NCBI GenBank assembly: GCA_964413275.1
Contig: CAYPSO010000002.1
Location: 25,248-89,247 of the forward strand
Length of the DNA: 64,000 nt
Source of the DNA: an uncultured bacterium
GTDB lineage: Bacteria; Cyanobacteriota; Cyanobacteriia; Cyanobacteriales; JAABRE01
Reading direction: 5' to 3'
Part shown: positions 28,031 through 37,812 of the stretch, piece by piece
Layout: each line of letters starts with the position of its first letter
How positions within the stretch are numbered: the first letter of the stretch is position 1
Program-made: the position numbers and the translations under genes
Notes under the pieces: model-generated
Seen by the model: only the letters and a program-made list of their open reading frames with translations
Databases searched by the model: none
Told to the model about the DNA's origin: nothing

Positions 28031-28203
28031 GAAATATAGCGCTCGTTATGTTTGTCTATATTTTTTATAACTATTGTTGTTAGATACATCCATAATTAGC
28101 TTCCATTTTTAAATGTTTCTTATCTAAGAAGAAATCTTATCTATGATTTTGTCAAGCAAAAAACTAGGGACTAACCCAAAACCTTTGTAAATCAGAACTT
28201 GAT

Positions 28204-28695
28204 TTATTTATAGTCGCTAAATTGTTCTTGACAAGTATTTAACATTTCTAGTTCATTGTCATTAACTGTTGTAAAAGCATGGTATCCGACTAAACTAAAG
28301 TTTTTACCCACATTATCCCCTTGAGAAGCTAAGGGGGAAGAATTTTGTAAAGCAATAAAATAAGGATGAACACGCCCATCGTAGGGATCGAGAATTGATA
28401 AAATAATTTTATTTCCATCTAATCCGCCATAAAAACAATTAAACTCAGAAAGAGGTTGATAAAAAGCACCAACTATTTTGTTGTTATTAACTGCAAAGAC
28501 TAGATATTCTACGCCTAAACGATCTCGCTCAGGAGATTGCCCATAAAGGTGAATACCGTTTGCTAAAACAGAATTAGTTTCTGAGGATATATTGTCAGCT
28601 AATATTTTAGTAGGTGTGAATAAAGATAACCCCAATAGAAAACTGAGTGTAATATGTTTAGATATTTTTTTGAAGAGATTATAATTAAATTGCAT
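28204..28695 (-). CDS. Secreted hypothetical protein
   Basis: 163-aa ORF with an N-terminal signal-like segment (ITLSFLLGLSLFTPTKILA). No recognised domain. Confidence 0.65.
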   Translation of the reverse strand: MQFNYNLFKKISKHITLSFLLGLSLFTPTKILADNISSETNSVLANGIHLYGQSPERDRLGVEYLVFAVNNNKIVGAFYQPLSEFNCFYGGLDGNKIILSILDPYDGRVHPYFIALQNSSPLASQGDNVGKNFSLVGYHAFTTVNDNELEMLNTCQEQFSDYK

Positions 28696-29101
28696 AAATA
28701 ACCTATATATTATATATTATTGTTAATAATTGATAATTAAACTTGACTAATAACACTGGTTATGATAAGATTGCACTTGAATTAATCTAAATCAATACCA
28801 ATAATTAAATAAAAATTAAAATCACCTCAAAATGCTATTTAAGATTGATTCCTTACATTTAGTCTCGCAAATTACCCATATCTTTTCAATACATCTTACG
28901 ATTCTTAACAATTATCTTAGATAACAAACAAAACATTGAAAATAAAATCATTAATATTTTTGATAATGTTTTTTCATATACCTTATTCTCCAATTTTATA
29001 GAATTTTTACTCAAAAATAACTCTATCTTCGGGATGATAAGTGAGAACTGTTATAAGATGGTACGATCAGGGAATTTGAATTATACGGAGCAAAAAATAC
29101 T

Positions 29102-30085
29102 ATGGCAGAAACTTTATTGTTTAATGCTTTACGTCAAGCAATTGATGAAGAAATGGAAAGAGATAATAAAGTGTTTGTTCTTGGGGAAGATGTAGGGCAT
29201 TATGGAGGTTCTTATAAAGTTACTAAAGATCTCTATGATAAATATGGAGAATTGAGAGTTTTAGATACTCCTATTGCAGAGAATAGTTTTACGGGTTTAG
29301 CAGTAGGTGCTGCGATGACTGGTTTACGCCCAATCATTGAGGGGATGAATATGGGCTTTTTGTTGCTTGCGTTTAACCAAATTGCTAATAACGCTGGGAT
29401 GCTTCGTTATACTTCTGGTGGTAATTTCAAAATGCCTATGGTGATTCGTGGGCCTGGTGGCGTTGGTAGTCAACTTGGAGCAGAACATTCCCAAAGATTA
29501 GAAGCATATTTTCAGGCCGTACCGGGTTTAAAAATTGTTGCTTGTTCTACTCCTTATAATGCTAAAGGTTTATTAAAAGCAGCTATAAGAGATGACAATC
29601 CAGTCTTATTTTTTGAGCACGTTTTATTATATAACTTGAAAGAAAATTTACCATCCCACGATTATGTATTACCTTTAAATAAAGCAGAAATAGTACGTCG
29701 AGGTAAAGATGTTACTTTGTTGACCTATTCTCGTATGCGTCATCATTGCCTACAAGCAATCAAAGAATTAGAAAAAGCAGGTTTCGATCCAGAGTTAATT
29801 GATTTAATTTCTCTCAAACCTTTAGATATGGAGACTATTGGAGAATCAATTAGAAAAACCCATCGAGTAATTGTGGTGGAAGAATGTATGAAAACCGGGG
29901 GGATTGGTGCAGAATTAACTGCTTCGATTAATGATAGATTTTTTGATGAATTAGATGGGCCAGTATTAAGATTATCTTCTCAAGATATTCCTACTCCCTA
30001 TAACGGAACATTGGAAAGATTAACTATTGTACAGCCTCCGCAAATTGTGGAAGCAGTTCAGAAAATGATGACTTTACAGGTTTAA
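29102..30085 (+). CDS. pdhB: Pyruvate dehydrogenase E1 component beta subunit
   Basis: Full-length transketolase-like Pyr and C-terminal domains ([22 protein letters not shown]...I..S..KT.R...VEE). Confidence 0.93.
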   Translation: MAETLLFNALRQAIDEEMERDNKVFVLGEDVGHYGGSYKVTKDLYDKYGELRVLDTPIAENSFTGLAVGAAMTGLRPIIEGMNMGFLLLAFNQIANNAGMLRYTSGGNFKMPMVIRGPGGVGSQLGAEHSQRLEAYFQAVPGLKIVACSTPYNAKGLLKAAIRDDNPVLFFEHVLLYNLKENLPSHDYVLPLNKAEIVRRGKDVTLLTYSRMRHHCLQAIKELEKAGFDPELIDLISLKPLDMETIGESIRKTHRVIVVEECMKTGGIGAELTASINDRFFDELDGPVLRLSSQDIPTPYNGTLERLTIVQPPQIVEAVQKMMTLQV

Positions 30086-30152
30086 TGAATATTAATGAGG
30101 GTTAATAGAAATTAACCCCTTTGAAATTAGTTTATAAAACAACCATAAAAAT

Positions 30153-31565
30153 ATGCAAAAACAGCGTTCATTAATGGCTCTTATTGTAGTGCTGGTAATT
30201 GCTGCGATCGCCATTTTAAATATTATTCCCTTGCAATTGGGATTAGATTTAAAAGGGGGAGCTCAATTAACCATTCAGGTTCAAACCACTCCAGAAGTGC
30301 AAGAAATTAAACCAGAAGATTTACAGGCAGTCAAACGAGTAATTGAAAATAGAATTAATGGTTTAGGAGTATCCGAACCCATTATTCAAACTGTGGGAGA
30401 AGATAAAATTTTAGTACAATTACCCGGAGTTACCGATCCTCAACAGGCAGAAAGAGTTTTAGGAGGAACTGCACAATTAGAATTTAAAGAACAAAAAACC
30501 GGTACAGAAGAACAGTTTGGTGCGGAATATCAAATTCAGCGACAACTAGAGTTGCAACTCAATATTTTACGACAAGTAGAAAATGGAACGAATACTGAAG
30601 AAATTATCAAGCTGCAAGAATCTTTAAATAATTCTTACACCAGAATTAATGAATTATTCGCATCTGTAGGCTTAACAGGTAAAAAATTAAAAGATGCAAG
30701 GCCACAACCTACTCAAACTGGTAATCAATGGGAAGTCGTGATTCGTTTTGATGATGATGGTGGAGATAAATTTGCAGAAATGACCAAAAACTTAGCAGGT
30801 ACAGGTCGCTCTATTGGTATTTTCTTAGATAATGCCTTAATTAGTGCGCCTACTGTCGGCCCTGAATTTGCGGTTACTGGTATTTCAGGAGGGAGTGCAG
30901 TTATTACTGGTAATTTTACCGCAGAAACTTCCAATGATTTAGCCGTACAAATTAGGGGAGGCTCTTTACCCTTTCCTGTAGCAGTGGTAGAAAATCGTAC
31001 AGTGGGTGCTACTCTAGGTCAAGATAGTATTAAGCGTAGTATTTATGCTGGTCTGTCTGGTTTAGTTTTAGTTTTAATTTTTGTAGGAGTTTATTACCGT
31101 TTACCCGGTATTATTGCTGATGTTTCTTTAATTATCTATACCCTATTAACTTTAGCGAGTTATGCTCTCGTTGGTGTTACCTTAACTTTACCCGGTATCG
31201 CTGGTTTTATTCTTAGTATTGGTATGGCCGTTGATGCTAATGTTTTAATATTTGAGCGTACTAGGGAAGAATTGCGATCTGGTAAAACTTTATATCGTTC
31301 TGTGGAATCAGGTTTTTACCGTGCTTTTTCTAGCATTTTAGATAGTAATGTGACGACTTTAATTGCTTGTGGGGCATTGTTTTGGCTAGGCTCTGGTTTA
31401 GTTAAAGGTTTTGCTTTAACTTTAGCCATAGGTGTTTTAATAAGTATGTTTAGTGCTGTTACTTGTAGTCGTAGTTTACTACTTCTAACAGTTTTGAGCT
31501 TACCCGGTGTTCGCCAAAAACCAGAGTTATTCTGTCCTAATTTACCGGCTTCCGTCAAATCATAA
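30153..31565 (+). CDS. secD: Protein translocase subunit SecD
   Basis: N-terminal TM, LGLDLKGG motif, large periplasmic domain, and a C-terminal 5-TM block with AGFILSIGMAVDANVLIFER. Confidence 0.92.
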   Translation: MQKQRSLMALIVVLVIAAIAILNIIPLQLGLDLKGGAQLTIQVQTTPEVQEIKPEDLQAVKRVIENRINGLGVSEPIIQTVGEDKILVQLPGVTDPQQAERVLGGTAQLEFKEQKTGTEEQFGAEYQIQRQLELQLNILRQVENGTNTEEIIKLQESLNNSYTRINELFASVGLTGKKLKDARPQPTQTGNQWEVVIRFDDDGGDKFAEMTKNLAGTGRSIGIFLDNALISAPTVGPEFAVTGISGGSAVITGNFTAETSNDLAVQIRGGSLPFPVAVVENRTVGATLGQDSIKRSIYAGLSGLVLVLIFVGVYYRLPGIIADVSLIIYTLLTLASYALVGVTLTLPGIAGFILSIGMAVDANVLIFERTREELRSGKTLYRSVESGFYRAFSSILDSNVTTLIACGALFWLGSGLVKGFALTLAIGVLISMFSAVTCSRSLLLLTVLSLPGVRQKPELFCPNLPASVKS

Positions 31566-31574
31566 AGCGAGGAG

Positions 31575-31600
31575 TACGGGCGAACGGCCGTTCGCCCGTA
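31575..31600. terminator. GC-rich perfect palindrome between convergent genes (possible bidirectional terminator)
   Basis: TACGGGCGAACGGCCGTTCGCCCGTA is a perfect 26-nt palindrome, 10 nt after the secD stop and 27 nt from the stop of the minus-strand 64-aa gene. No U-tract on either side. Confidence 0.45.
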
Positions 31601-31626
31601 TAGTATTCAGGAGCTACAAACCTTAA

Positions 31627-31821
31627 TTAATTAAAAATATATTTGGGATTGCAACTTAATCCGGGAGCATAAGCTTCAACTACATTACCTGTTTTAGAAC
31701 ATTTAACCATCAGATAATCGCAATTATAACAAGAAGTTTCTGTAATTTGATGAATAGTCAAGTAATGTCGGTGAGCATAATCTCCACAGTTGGGACAACG
31801 AATTTTTTGTGTAATTTTCAT
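31627..31821 (-). CDS. Small zinc-ribbon protein
   Basis: 64 aa with CPNC...CYNC Cys pairs. Compact ORF with its own intergenic context. Confidence 0.6.
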   Translation of the reverse strand: MKITQKIRCPNCGDYAHRHYLTIHQITETSCYNCDYLMVKCSKTGNVVEAYAPGLSCNPKYIFN

Positions 31822-32109
31822 TTGTTAACCTTTGATTTTATGAGAAGACAAAAATTTTTTTTATAAAGAAAAAGTGTGACTTTTTAAATGTTTACCAAAT
31901 CTTATCTAAGATACTATCTTAATTTCAGATGATTGATCCCCATTGTGTTTAACTTAATTAAACTCGATCCTAAACATTTTTGAATGTACATTATTTATTA
32001 TGACTTATTTTTTAGATAATTAATGTATTTCTTAAGCAAATATTAACATTTCCTGATAAGATGCTCAATACCATAAAACTAATATTAAAAATATATTTAC
32101 CATAAAATC

Positions 32110-32937
32110 ATGGAATGGCACAAAGTTCGAGATTACGAAGATATTATTTATCAAAAAACTAATGGGATTGCTCAAATTACCATCAATCGTCCTCACAAGC
32201 GTAATGCTTTTCGTCCAAAAACCGTATTTGAAATGTATGACGCATTTTGTGAGGCAAGGGAAGATAGCACCATTGGAGTTATTTTCTTAACTGGCGCAGG
32301 GCCTCATAGTGATGGGAAATATGCTTTTTGTTCGGGAGGGGATCAAAGTATTCGAGGTAAGGCGGGCTATGTTGATGATTCTGGAGTGCCACGTTTAAAT
32401 GTACTTGATTTACAACGTTTAATTCGTTCCATACCTAAAGTTGTTATTGCTTTAGTTGCTGGTTATGCCATTGGTGGCGGTCAGGTTTTACATTTAGTTT
32501 GCGATCTTACAATCGCCGCAGATAATGCCATTTTTGGACAAACTGGGCCAAAAGTTGGTAGTTTTGATGGTGGTTTTGGTGCTAGTTATTTGGCACGAAT
32601 TGTAGGACAAAAAAAAGCCCGTGAAATTTGGTTTTTATGTCGGCAGTATGACGCTCAACAGGCTTTATCCATGGGATTAGTAAATTGTGTAGTACCAATT
32701 GCTGAGTTAGAAAATGAGGGAATAAAATGGGCTGAGGAGATTTTACAAAAAAGCCCCCTCGCTATTCGTTGTCTCAAAGCGGCTTTTAATGCTGATTGTG
32801 ACGGACAAGCAGGATTACAGGAATTAGCGGGTAATGCCACTCTTCTTTATTATATGACTGAAGAAGGTGCGGAAGGAAAACAAGCATTTTTAGAAAAACG
32901 TCCTCCTGATTTTCGCCAATATCCTTGGCTACCTTAG
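32110..32937 (+). CDS. menB: 1,4-dihydroxy-2-naphthoyl-CoA synthase
   Basis: Crotonase fold with MenB-specific blocks ([29 protein letters not shown]-terminal FLEKR.PDF..YPW). Confidence 0.95.
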   Translation: MEWHKVRDYEDIIYQKTNGIAQITINRPHKRNAFRPKTVFEMYDAFCEAREDSTIGVIFLTGAGPHSDGKYAFCSGGDQSIRGKAGYVDDSGVPRLNVLDLQRLIRSIPKVVIALVAGYAIGGGQVLHLVCDLTIAADNAIFGQTGPKVGSFDGGFGASYLARIVGQKKAREIWFLCRQYDAQQALSMGLVNCVVPIAELENEGIKWAEEILQKSPLAIRCLKAAFNADCDGQAGLQELAGNATLLYYMTEEGAEGKQAFLEKRPPDFRQYPWLP

Positions 32938-33178
32938 TAATTACAGTGATTTAGAAATCCAATAATTCTAATAAAGGTTAATTTAACCTTTTGATAAACT
33001 CATTGGTTTATGCTGGCTACGGAGTCTTATGTCATTTTGTCATGAGATTGCAAAAAAAACAATTGAGTTATGATTTTCGGTACTTTAGTTCTGGTATGAG
33101 CTTAAGAAAATGATGGGTAAATCCTATCAAAAATCAAATCCTTTATTTACGTACAAGTTCTTTAGTTAAATATTAAGT

Positions 33179-34252
33179 ATGCTTTTTTTCATCAAACCCA
33201 AAAGTCAAATCTTGTTAGCACCTCTAGTTGCTTTAACTGTAGGACTTACAGCTTGTGGTGGTTCTCAACAAACATCAACACCAACATCAACACCAAATTC
33301 TTCAGGTCAAACTGTATCTTTGACAGGGGCTGGTGCTAGTTTTCCCGCTCCTTTATATCAACGTTGGTTTTCTGAATATAATAAAACTAATCCTAATGTT
33401 CAAGTAAGTTATCAGTCCGTAGGTAGTGGTGCGGGAGTAGAACAGTTTACTCAGGGAACTGTTGATTTTGGCGCTAGTGATGTAGCGATGAAAGATGAAG
33501 AAATCGCTAAAGTACAGAAAGGGGTAGTTTTGTTACCAGTGACTGCTGGTAGTATTGTTTTAGCCTACAATGTCCCTGATGTGACTGAACTAAAATTATC
33601 ACGACAGGTTTATGTTGATATTATTTTAGGTAAAATTACCAAATGGAATGATCCTGCTATGACTAATCTTAATCCAGATGTTACTTTACCAGACTTACCA
33701 ATCACAGTGGTTTACCGTGCTGATGGCAGTGGTACAACTGGAGTATTTACTAAACATTTAAGTGAAGTTAGCACTGAGTGGAAAGAGAAAGTAGGCGAGG
33801 GTAAAAGTGTTGAATGGCCTGTTGGAGTGGGTGCTAAAGGTAATGAAGGTGTTACTGCTCAAATATTACAAACAGAAGGTGCGATCGGTTATATTGAATT
33901 TGGTTATGCCAAACAACAAAATATCCCCACAGCAAGCTTAGAGAACAAAGCTGGTAGCTATATTAAACCTTCTGCTGAGTCAGCCTCTAAAGCATTAGCA
34001 GCAGTTACTTTACCAGAAAATTTAAGGGCTTTTTTACCAGATCCTGAAGGTGCAGATTCCTATCCTATTGTCAGTTATACTTGGATTTTAGCTTATAAGC
34101 AATACGACGATCCTGCTAAGTTACAAGCTTTTCAAGAGGTTGTAACTTGGGCTGTTAATGACGGACAAAGCTTTTCTGAAGAATTAGGCTATATTCCCTT
34201 GCCTGATAATGTGGTAGATAAAGTAGAAGAAGCATTAGCTACTATTAAGTAA
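33179..34252 (+). CDS. pstS: Phosphate ABC transporter substrate-binding lipoprotein
   Basis: Lipobox LTAC. PstS blocks GAGASFPAPLYQRW, YQSVGSGAG, GASD and DGSGTT. Confidence 0.9.
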   Translation: MLFFIKPKSQILLAPLVALTVGLTACGGSQQTSTPTSTPNSSGQTVSLTGAGASFPAPLYQRWFSEYNKTNPNVQVSYQSVGSGAGVEQFTQGTVDFGASDVAMKDEEIAKVQKGVVLLPVTAGSIVLAYNVPDVTELKLSRQVYVDIILGKITKWNDPAMTNLNPDVTLPDLPITVVYRADGSGTTGVFTKHLSEVSTEWKEKVGEGKSVEWPVGVGAKGNEGVTAQILQTEGAIGYIEFGYAKQQNIPTASLENKAGSYIKPSAESASKALAAVTLPENLRAFLPDPEGADSYPIVSYTWILAYKQYDDPAKLQAFQEVVTWAVNDGQSFSEELGYIPLPDNVVDKVEEALATIK

Positions 34253-34443
34253 TTGTAATTCTTTCATGAAATGCGTTAGATCGAATTGATAAATTTTTGA
34301 TCTGACGCACTCTAATGTTATGTCAAGCTCAATAATAAATTAGAAAAAAATGGAAAACTTTAAATTCAGAAATTTATGTTTTTTTTTCTTTTCAATTCAA
34401 AAATTTAAGGTACAATGGTAAATTGTGAGTTTTAAGAAAAGCC

Positions 34444-34800
34444 ATGAATGCAGAACAAATAATTAATTCGATTGAAGCAGAATATTTAAAAACTGATTTA
34501 CCTATAATTCACGTCGGCGATACCATTAAAGTTGGTGTACGCATTAGTGAAGGTGGAAAAGAGAGAATTCAGCCCTATGAAGGCACTGTAATTGCCATGC
34601 GCAATGGCGGTATTAGCGAAACTATTACAGTACGCCGTATTTTTCAAGGAGTAGGTGTAGAAAGAATATTCTTACTTCATTCACCTATTGTAGCTGATAT
34701 TAAAATAATCCGTCGTGGTAAAGTACGTCGGGCTAAACTTTATTATCTTAGAGATAGAGTTGGTAAAGCTACCCGCGTTAAACAGCGTTTCGATCGTTAA
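34444..34800 (+). CDS. rplS: 50S ribosomal protein L19
   Basis: Full-length L19 ([23 protein letters not shown]....G...T.TVRRI). Confidence 0.95.
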   Translation: MNAEQIINSIEAEYLKTDLPIIHVGDTIKVGVRISEGGKERIQPYEGTVIAMRNGGISETITVRRIFQGVGVERIFLLHSPIVADIKIIRRGKVRRAKLYYLRDRVGKATRVKQRFDR

Positions 34801-34879
34801 ATTTAATGTTACAAAAATTAGCGCAAGAAAATTTGTTAAATAATCCTAACTTGCGCTATAATTGTAAAAGACCAAAAAT

Positions 34880-34952
34880 GCGCTCTTAGTTCAGTTGGTA
34901 GAACGTCGGTCTCCAAAACCGGATGTCGAGGGTTCAAGTCCTTCAGGGCGCG
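34880..34952 (+). tRNA. trnW: tRNA-Trp (anticodon CCA)
   Basis: Manual cloverleaf: acceptor GCGCTCT/AGGGCGC, D-stem GTTC/GAAC, anticodon stem TCGGT/ACCGG with loop CTCCAAA, T-arm GAGGG-TTCAAGT-CCTTC, discriminator G. CCA is not encoded. Confidence 0.9.
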
Positions 34953-35086
34953 TTCATATTTCTTGCTTATTCTTCAGGCCTTTCACTAAATCCCTGTACA
35001 ATTGTTTTTTATGTTAAACTTGCGAACTTTTCACCTTAAACAGGAAAAAAATTCATCAATATTTAATTAATATTTTTAAATTTTAT

Positions 35087-35734
35087 TTAAACTATCCAAA
35101 CAATATCATTATTTTCCAAATATTCTTCTAAAATACTTGTTTCATCATAATCCAAATATTTTTCTAGATTATCTTTAGCTTGTTCCTCTTTTAGAGTTTC
35201 TTTCAAAGAATCTGGAGTGATAATTCTATTTTTTTCTTGCTCATCAATATTAACTTGATTTAATTGTTTATTAGGAATTATCATAGAACTTTCATGAGAA
35301 GTAATAAAAGCAGATTTCTTTTTATAAGTTGGATATAAATATTTAACAAAAAAATCAATTGTATTCTTTCTAAGATAACCTTTTACAACAGTTAAAGCAC
35401 CAAAACGAATTAAAGTTTTTTGTTGTTCTTGGAGAATATCTTTTATTTGCTCATCGGTCAATAAACCTGCTTCTAATAAACATTGACCTATAGGTTGTTT
35501 ATGTTTTTGTTTTAATAATTCATGCCAACGTAAAGCAAAGAAATCAGCAGTTTCTTGTTTTACCCAACCATGTAAAGCTAGAATTTCCCCTAATAAAAGA
35601 TAATCATGTTCAATTTGGTCTAATAAAGCTACTTGTATTTGAGCATTGGAAACCAAGCCTGCTTCTTGTAAAATAGCTCCCAGAGGCATCATTTGAAATC
35701 GTTCAGTTATTATTAATTTATCATTATTATTCAT
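35087..35734 (-). CDS. Hypothetical protein with two GspE/MshE-N-terminal-like repeats
   Basis: 215 aa. Repeated LGEILALHGWVKQETADFF and LLEAGLLTDEQIKDILQEQ resemble T2SSE_N modules. Acidic C-terminus. Confidence 0.6.
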   Translation of the reverse strand: MNNNDKLIITERFQMMPLGAILQEAGLVSNAQIQVALLDQIEHDYLLLGEILALHGWVKQETADFFALRWHELLKQKHKQPIGQCLLEAGLLTDEQIKDILQEQQKTLIRFGALTVVKGYLRKNTIDFFVKYLYPTYKKKSAFITSHESSMIIPNKQLNQVNIDEQEKNRIITPDSLKETLKEEQAKDNLEKYLDYDETSILEEYLENNDIVWIV

Positions 35735-35880
35735 AGATAATTTGTGATAATACCCTATTTATCAAATATTAACACTTGTATTAATTAAGGATGTCGATTG
35801 TCCATAAAAATTATTCTAAACCAGAATCAGATAACAAAAACTATTGAGAACTAATTTGAAAATTATTTCCACAGTAAAAA

Positions 35881-37131
35881 TTAATTAGTTGAAACAAGTT
35901 TTTCCTTATCTAACAATATCAATGCTTTTGCTTCTGAGGCATCGGCAATGGCAGTTTCTCGTAATTGTTCTCTTAAATCAGGTGTGACGGCTAAAGCCCT
36001 TGTCCAATCTGGTATTTGCGCTCCTGATGGATCTAAGAAAAAGTGTTGGCCTGCTTCGACAATTAATTGTTCAAATACTTCTGTAATGATCTCTTCTTGA
36101 TGGCGATCGTAGTCTAAACTATTAAAACGGGCATCCATAAAATATTGACGGGTAAAATCTTGAGCTTCACGACGAAATTTAATGCGTAAAGCGTGAATAT
36201 GATCCATACTAAGAACGACTTGTTCGGTTTCAGTTAAAGTGCGTAAAATAGAACATAAAATATCTCGACACATTTTCTGAAGCCCTTCATTAGTTGATTG
36301 ACCAAGATTTTGGTGTTTATGTTCAAAAATTCCTAAGTCAATTTGAGCTACTCGTTTTAGAGCAACATTACGATAAACTTCAGCGAGTAAGCCAATTTCT
36401 AATCCCCAGTTACCGGGGATACGAGTATTCAAAGCTAAATCGCTAGTTAAGGCAAATTCTCCTGAAAGTGGATAACGATAGGCGCTCAAATAGCGCAAAT
36501 AATCGTTATAACCGAATAACTCAATTAAAGTAGTTAGCAGAGGAGTTACAAATAAACGAACCACTCTACCATGTAATGTGCGAGGATATTCTCCTAAACG
36601 GGCATAATAGGCTTTATTGAAAGCGATACCAAATTCTTTTTCCAGAAGAGGAAACAGAAGTTTTAAGGGATAGGATTTATCATAGGTAGTAATATCAGCA
36701 TCGTGAAGGGCAATAGCTTCTGCTTCTAAGGATGCAACTCCTAAACCTAACCAAACTGCCATTCCTTTACCTTTAAAGTTGAGTAAGTCTAAGCCTTTTG
36801 ATTTTAAAATTTCTAACAATTTTCTAACTCTTGGGCCATTTTCCCAAATAATTAAAGTTTTTTGGGGTAAAGTTGCAAAAAATTCTACCGTCTTTGTGTA
36901 TTGCTCTATACTATTTGCATAAAGACAAACGATAACAGTTTTGACAAAATCACAATTTTTAAGATGATCTCTAATAGTAGTTAAAGCAGGCCTTTCTAAC
37001 TCCTCATATAAGGCAGGAATTAAAACGGCAGTGGCGGATTCTTCACTAAGTTCAATTAGTCTAGTTTCTAATAGATCTAAATTAAAACCAAAATCATGAA
37101 TAGTGGTAATTAATTCTTGTTTATAATCCAT
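35881..37131 (-). CDS. Glucosyl-3-phosphoglycerate synthase-like glycosyltransferase (GT81-type)
   Basis: 416 aa. GT-A core with KGKGMAVWLG and the DXD-like HDADI. Overall resemblance to cyanobacterial GpgS proteins recalled from memory. Substrate not proven. Confidence 0.6.
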   Translation of the reverse strand: MDYKQELITTIHDFGFNLDLLETRLIELSEESATAVLIPALYEELERPALTTIRDHLKNCDFVKTVIVCLYANSIEQYTKTVEFFATLPQKTLIIWENGPRVRKLLEILKSKGLDLLNFKGKGMAVWLGLGVASLEAEAIALHDADITTYDKSYPLKLLFPLLEKEFGIAFNKAYYARLGEYPRTLHGRVVRLFVTPLLTTLIELFGYNDYLRYLSAYRYPLSGEFALTSDLALNTRIPGNWGLEIGLLAEVYRNVALKRVAQIDLGIFEHKHQNLGQSTNEGLQKMCRDILCSILRTLTETEQVVLSMDHIHALRIKFRREAQDFTRQYFMDARFNSLDYDRHQEEIITEVFEQLIVEAGQHFFLDPSGAQIPDWTRALAVTPDLREQLRETAIADASEAKALILLDKEKLVSTN

Positions 37132-37275
37132 AGGACAAAATATATGAAGTTAAAGTTATATTAAATTTATTCTTATTGCATTATGAAATAAAAATTAAGA
37201 TTTTGTTGTCAGTCTCGATACAAATAACTTTAAGATTTTATAATTGTTGGCAAGATTATAGATAATTTTACTTTC

Positions 37276-37713
37276 TTAAGGTCTAACGTTAACTGTATAA
37301 CTAAACTTAAATGGTTTAAAAGAAATACCATCTTTTGCTGTACCAAGAATTTCTAATTCGTACGCTCCAGCTTGAGAAAATATAATATTTGCTCCCGGCA
37401 CTTCTTGATATTTTTCCACATTGATTGCTTCTAAATTAGGATTAAGTATTGGTTGAGAATTAGCAGTGCGAGGTAAGGTATAAACTGATAATTTACAGGA
37501 ACATTGAGATAAGGGAATTGTTTGTCCTCCACGACGAGTTAACGCAAACCAAGCTTGAGATGTTGTTCCGACACGGGGATTATGATTTGGTTCGATATGA
37601 AAAGTAGCAGCCACATTCCCTGATATTTCTACATTGTGAGCTAATACTGGTAAGGCTAATACTGTAGAAAATAAAAATAGACTAATATTTTTTTGAATTG
37701 CAAAACAAAACAT
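37276..37713 (-). CDS. Secreted beta-rich hypothetical protein
   Basis: Signal peptide LFLFSTVLALPVLA|HN. 145 aa. No recognised domain. About 100 nt downstream of the next gene on the same strand. Confidence 0.65.
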   Translation of the reverse strand: MFCFAIQKNISLFLFSTVLALPVLAHNVEISGNVAATFHIEPNHNPRVGTTSQAWFALTRRGGQTIPLSQCSCKLSVYTLPRTANSQPILNPNLEAINVEKYQEVPGANIIFSQAGAYELEILGTAKDGISFKPFKFSYTVNVRP

Positions 37714-37812
37714 TTTTCTCTAATAAAAATTTACAATTATATTATAACAATAAATAAGGGTTTTTATAATTATCTATAAAATACTCATGATTTATTTTTT
37801 AGATTAATTAAA

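Noticed and set aside
32960-33178. Pho-box (SphR) operator upstream of pstS, including the AAAGGTTAA-T-TTAACCTTT palindrome at about 32973-32991
   Set aside because: I could not find the expected three 8-bp PyTTAAPyPy(T/A) direct repeats at 11-nt spacing. The palindrome sits right after menB and may be unrelated. The evidence is insufficient.
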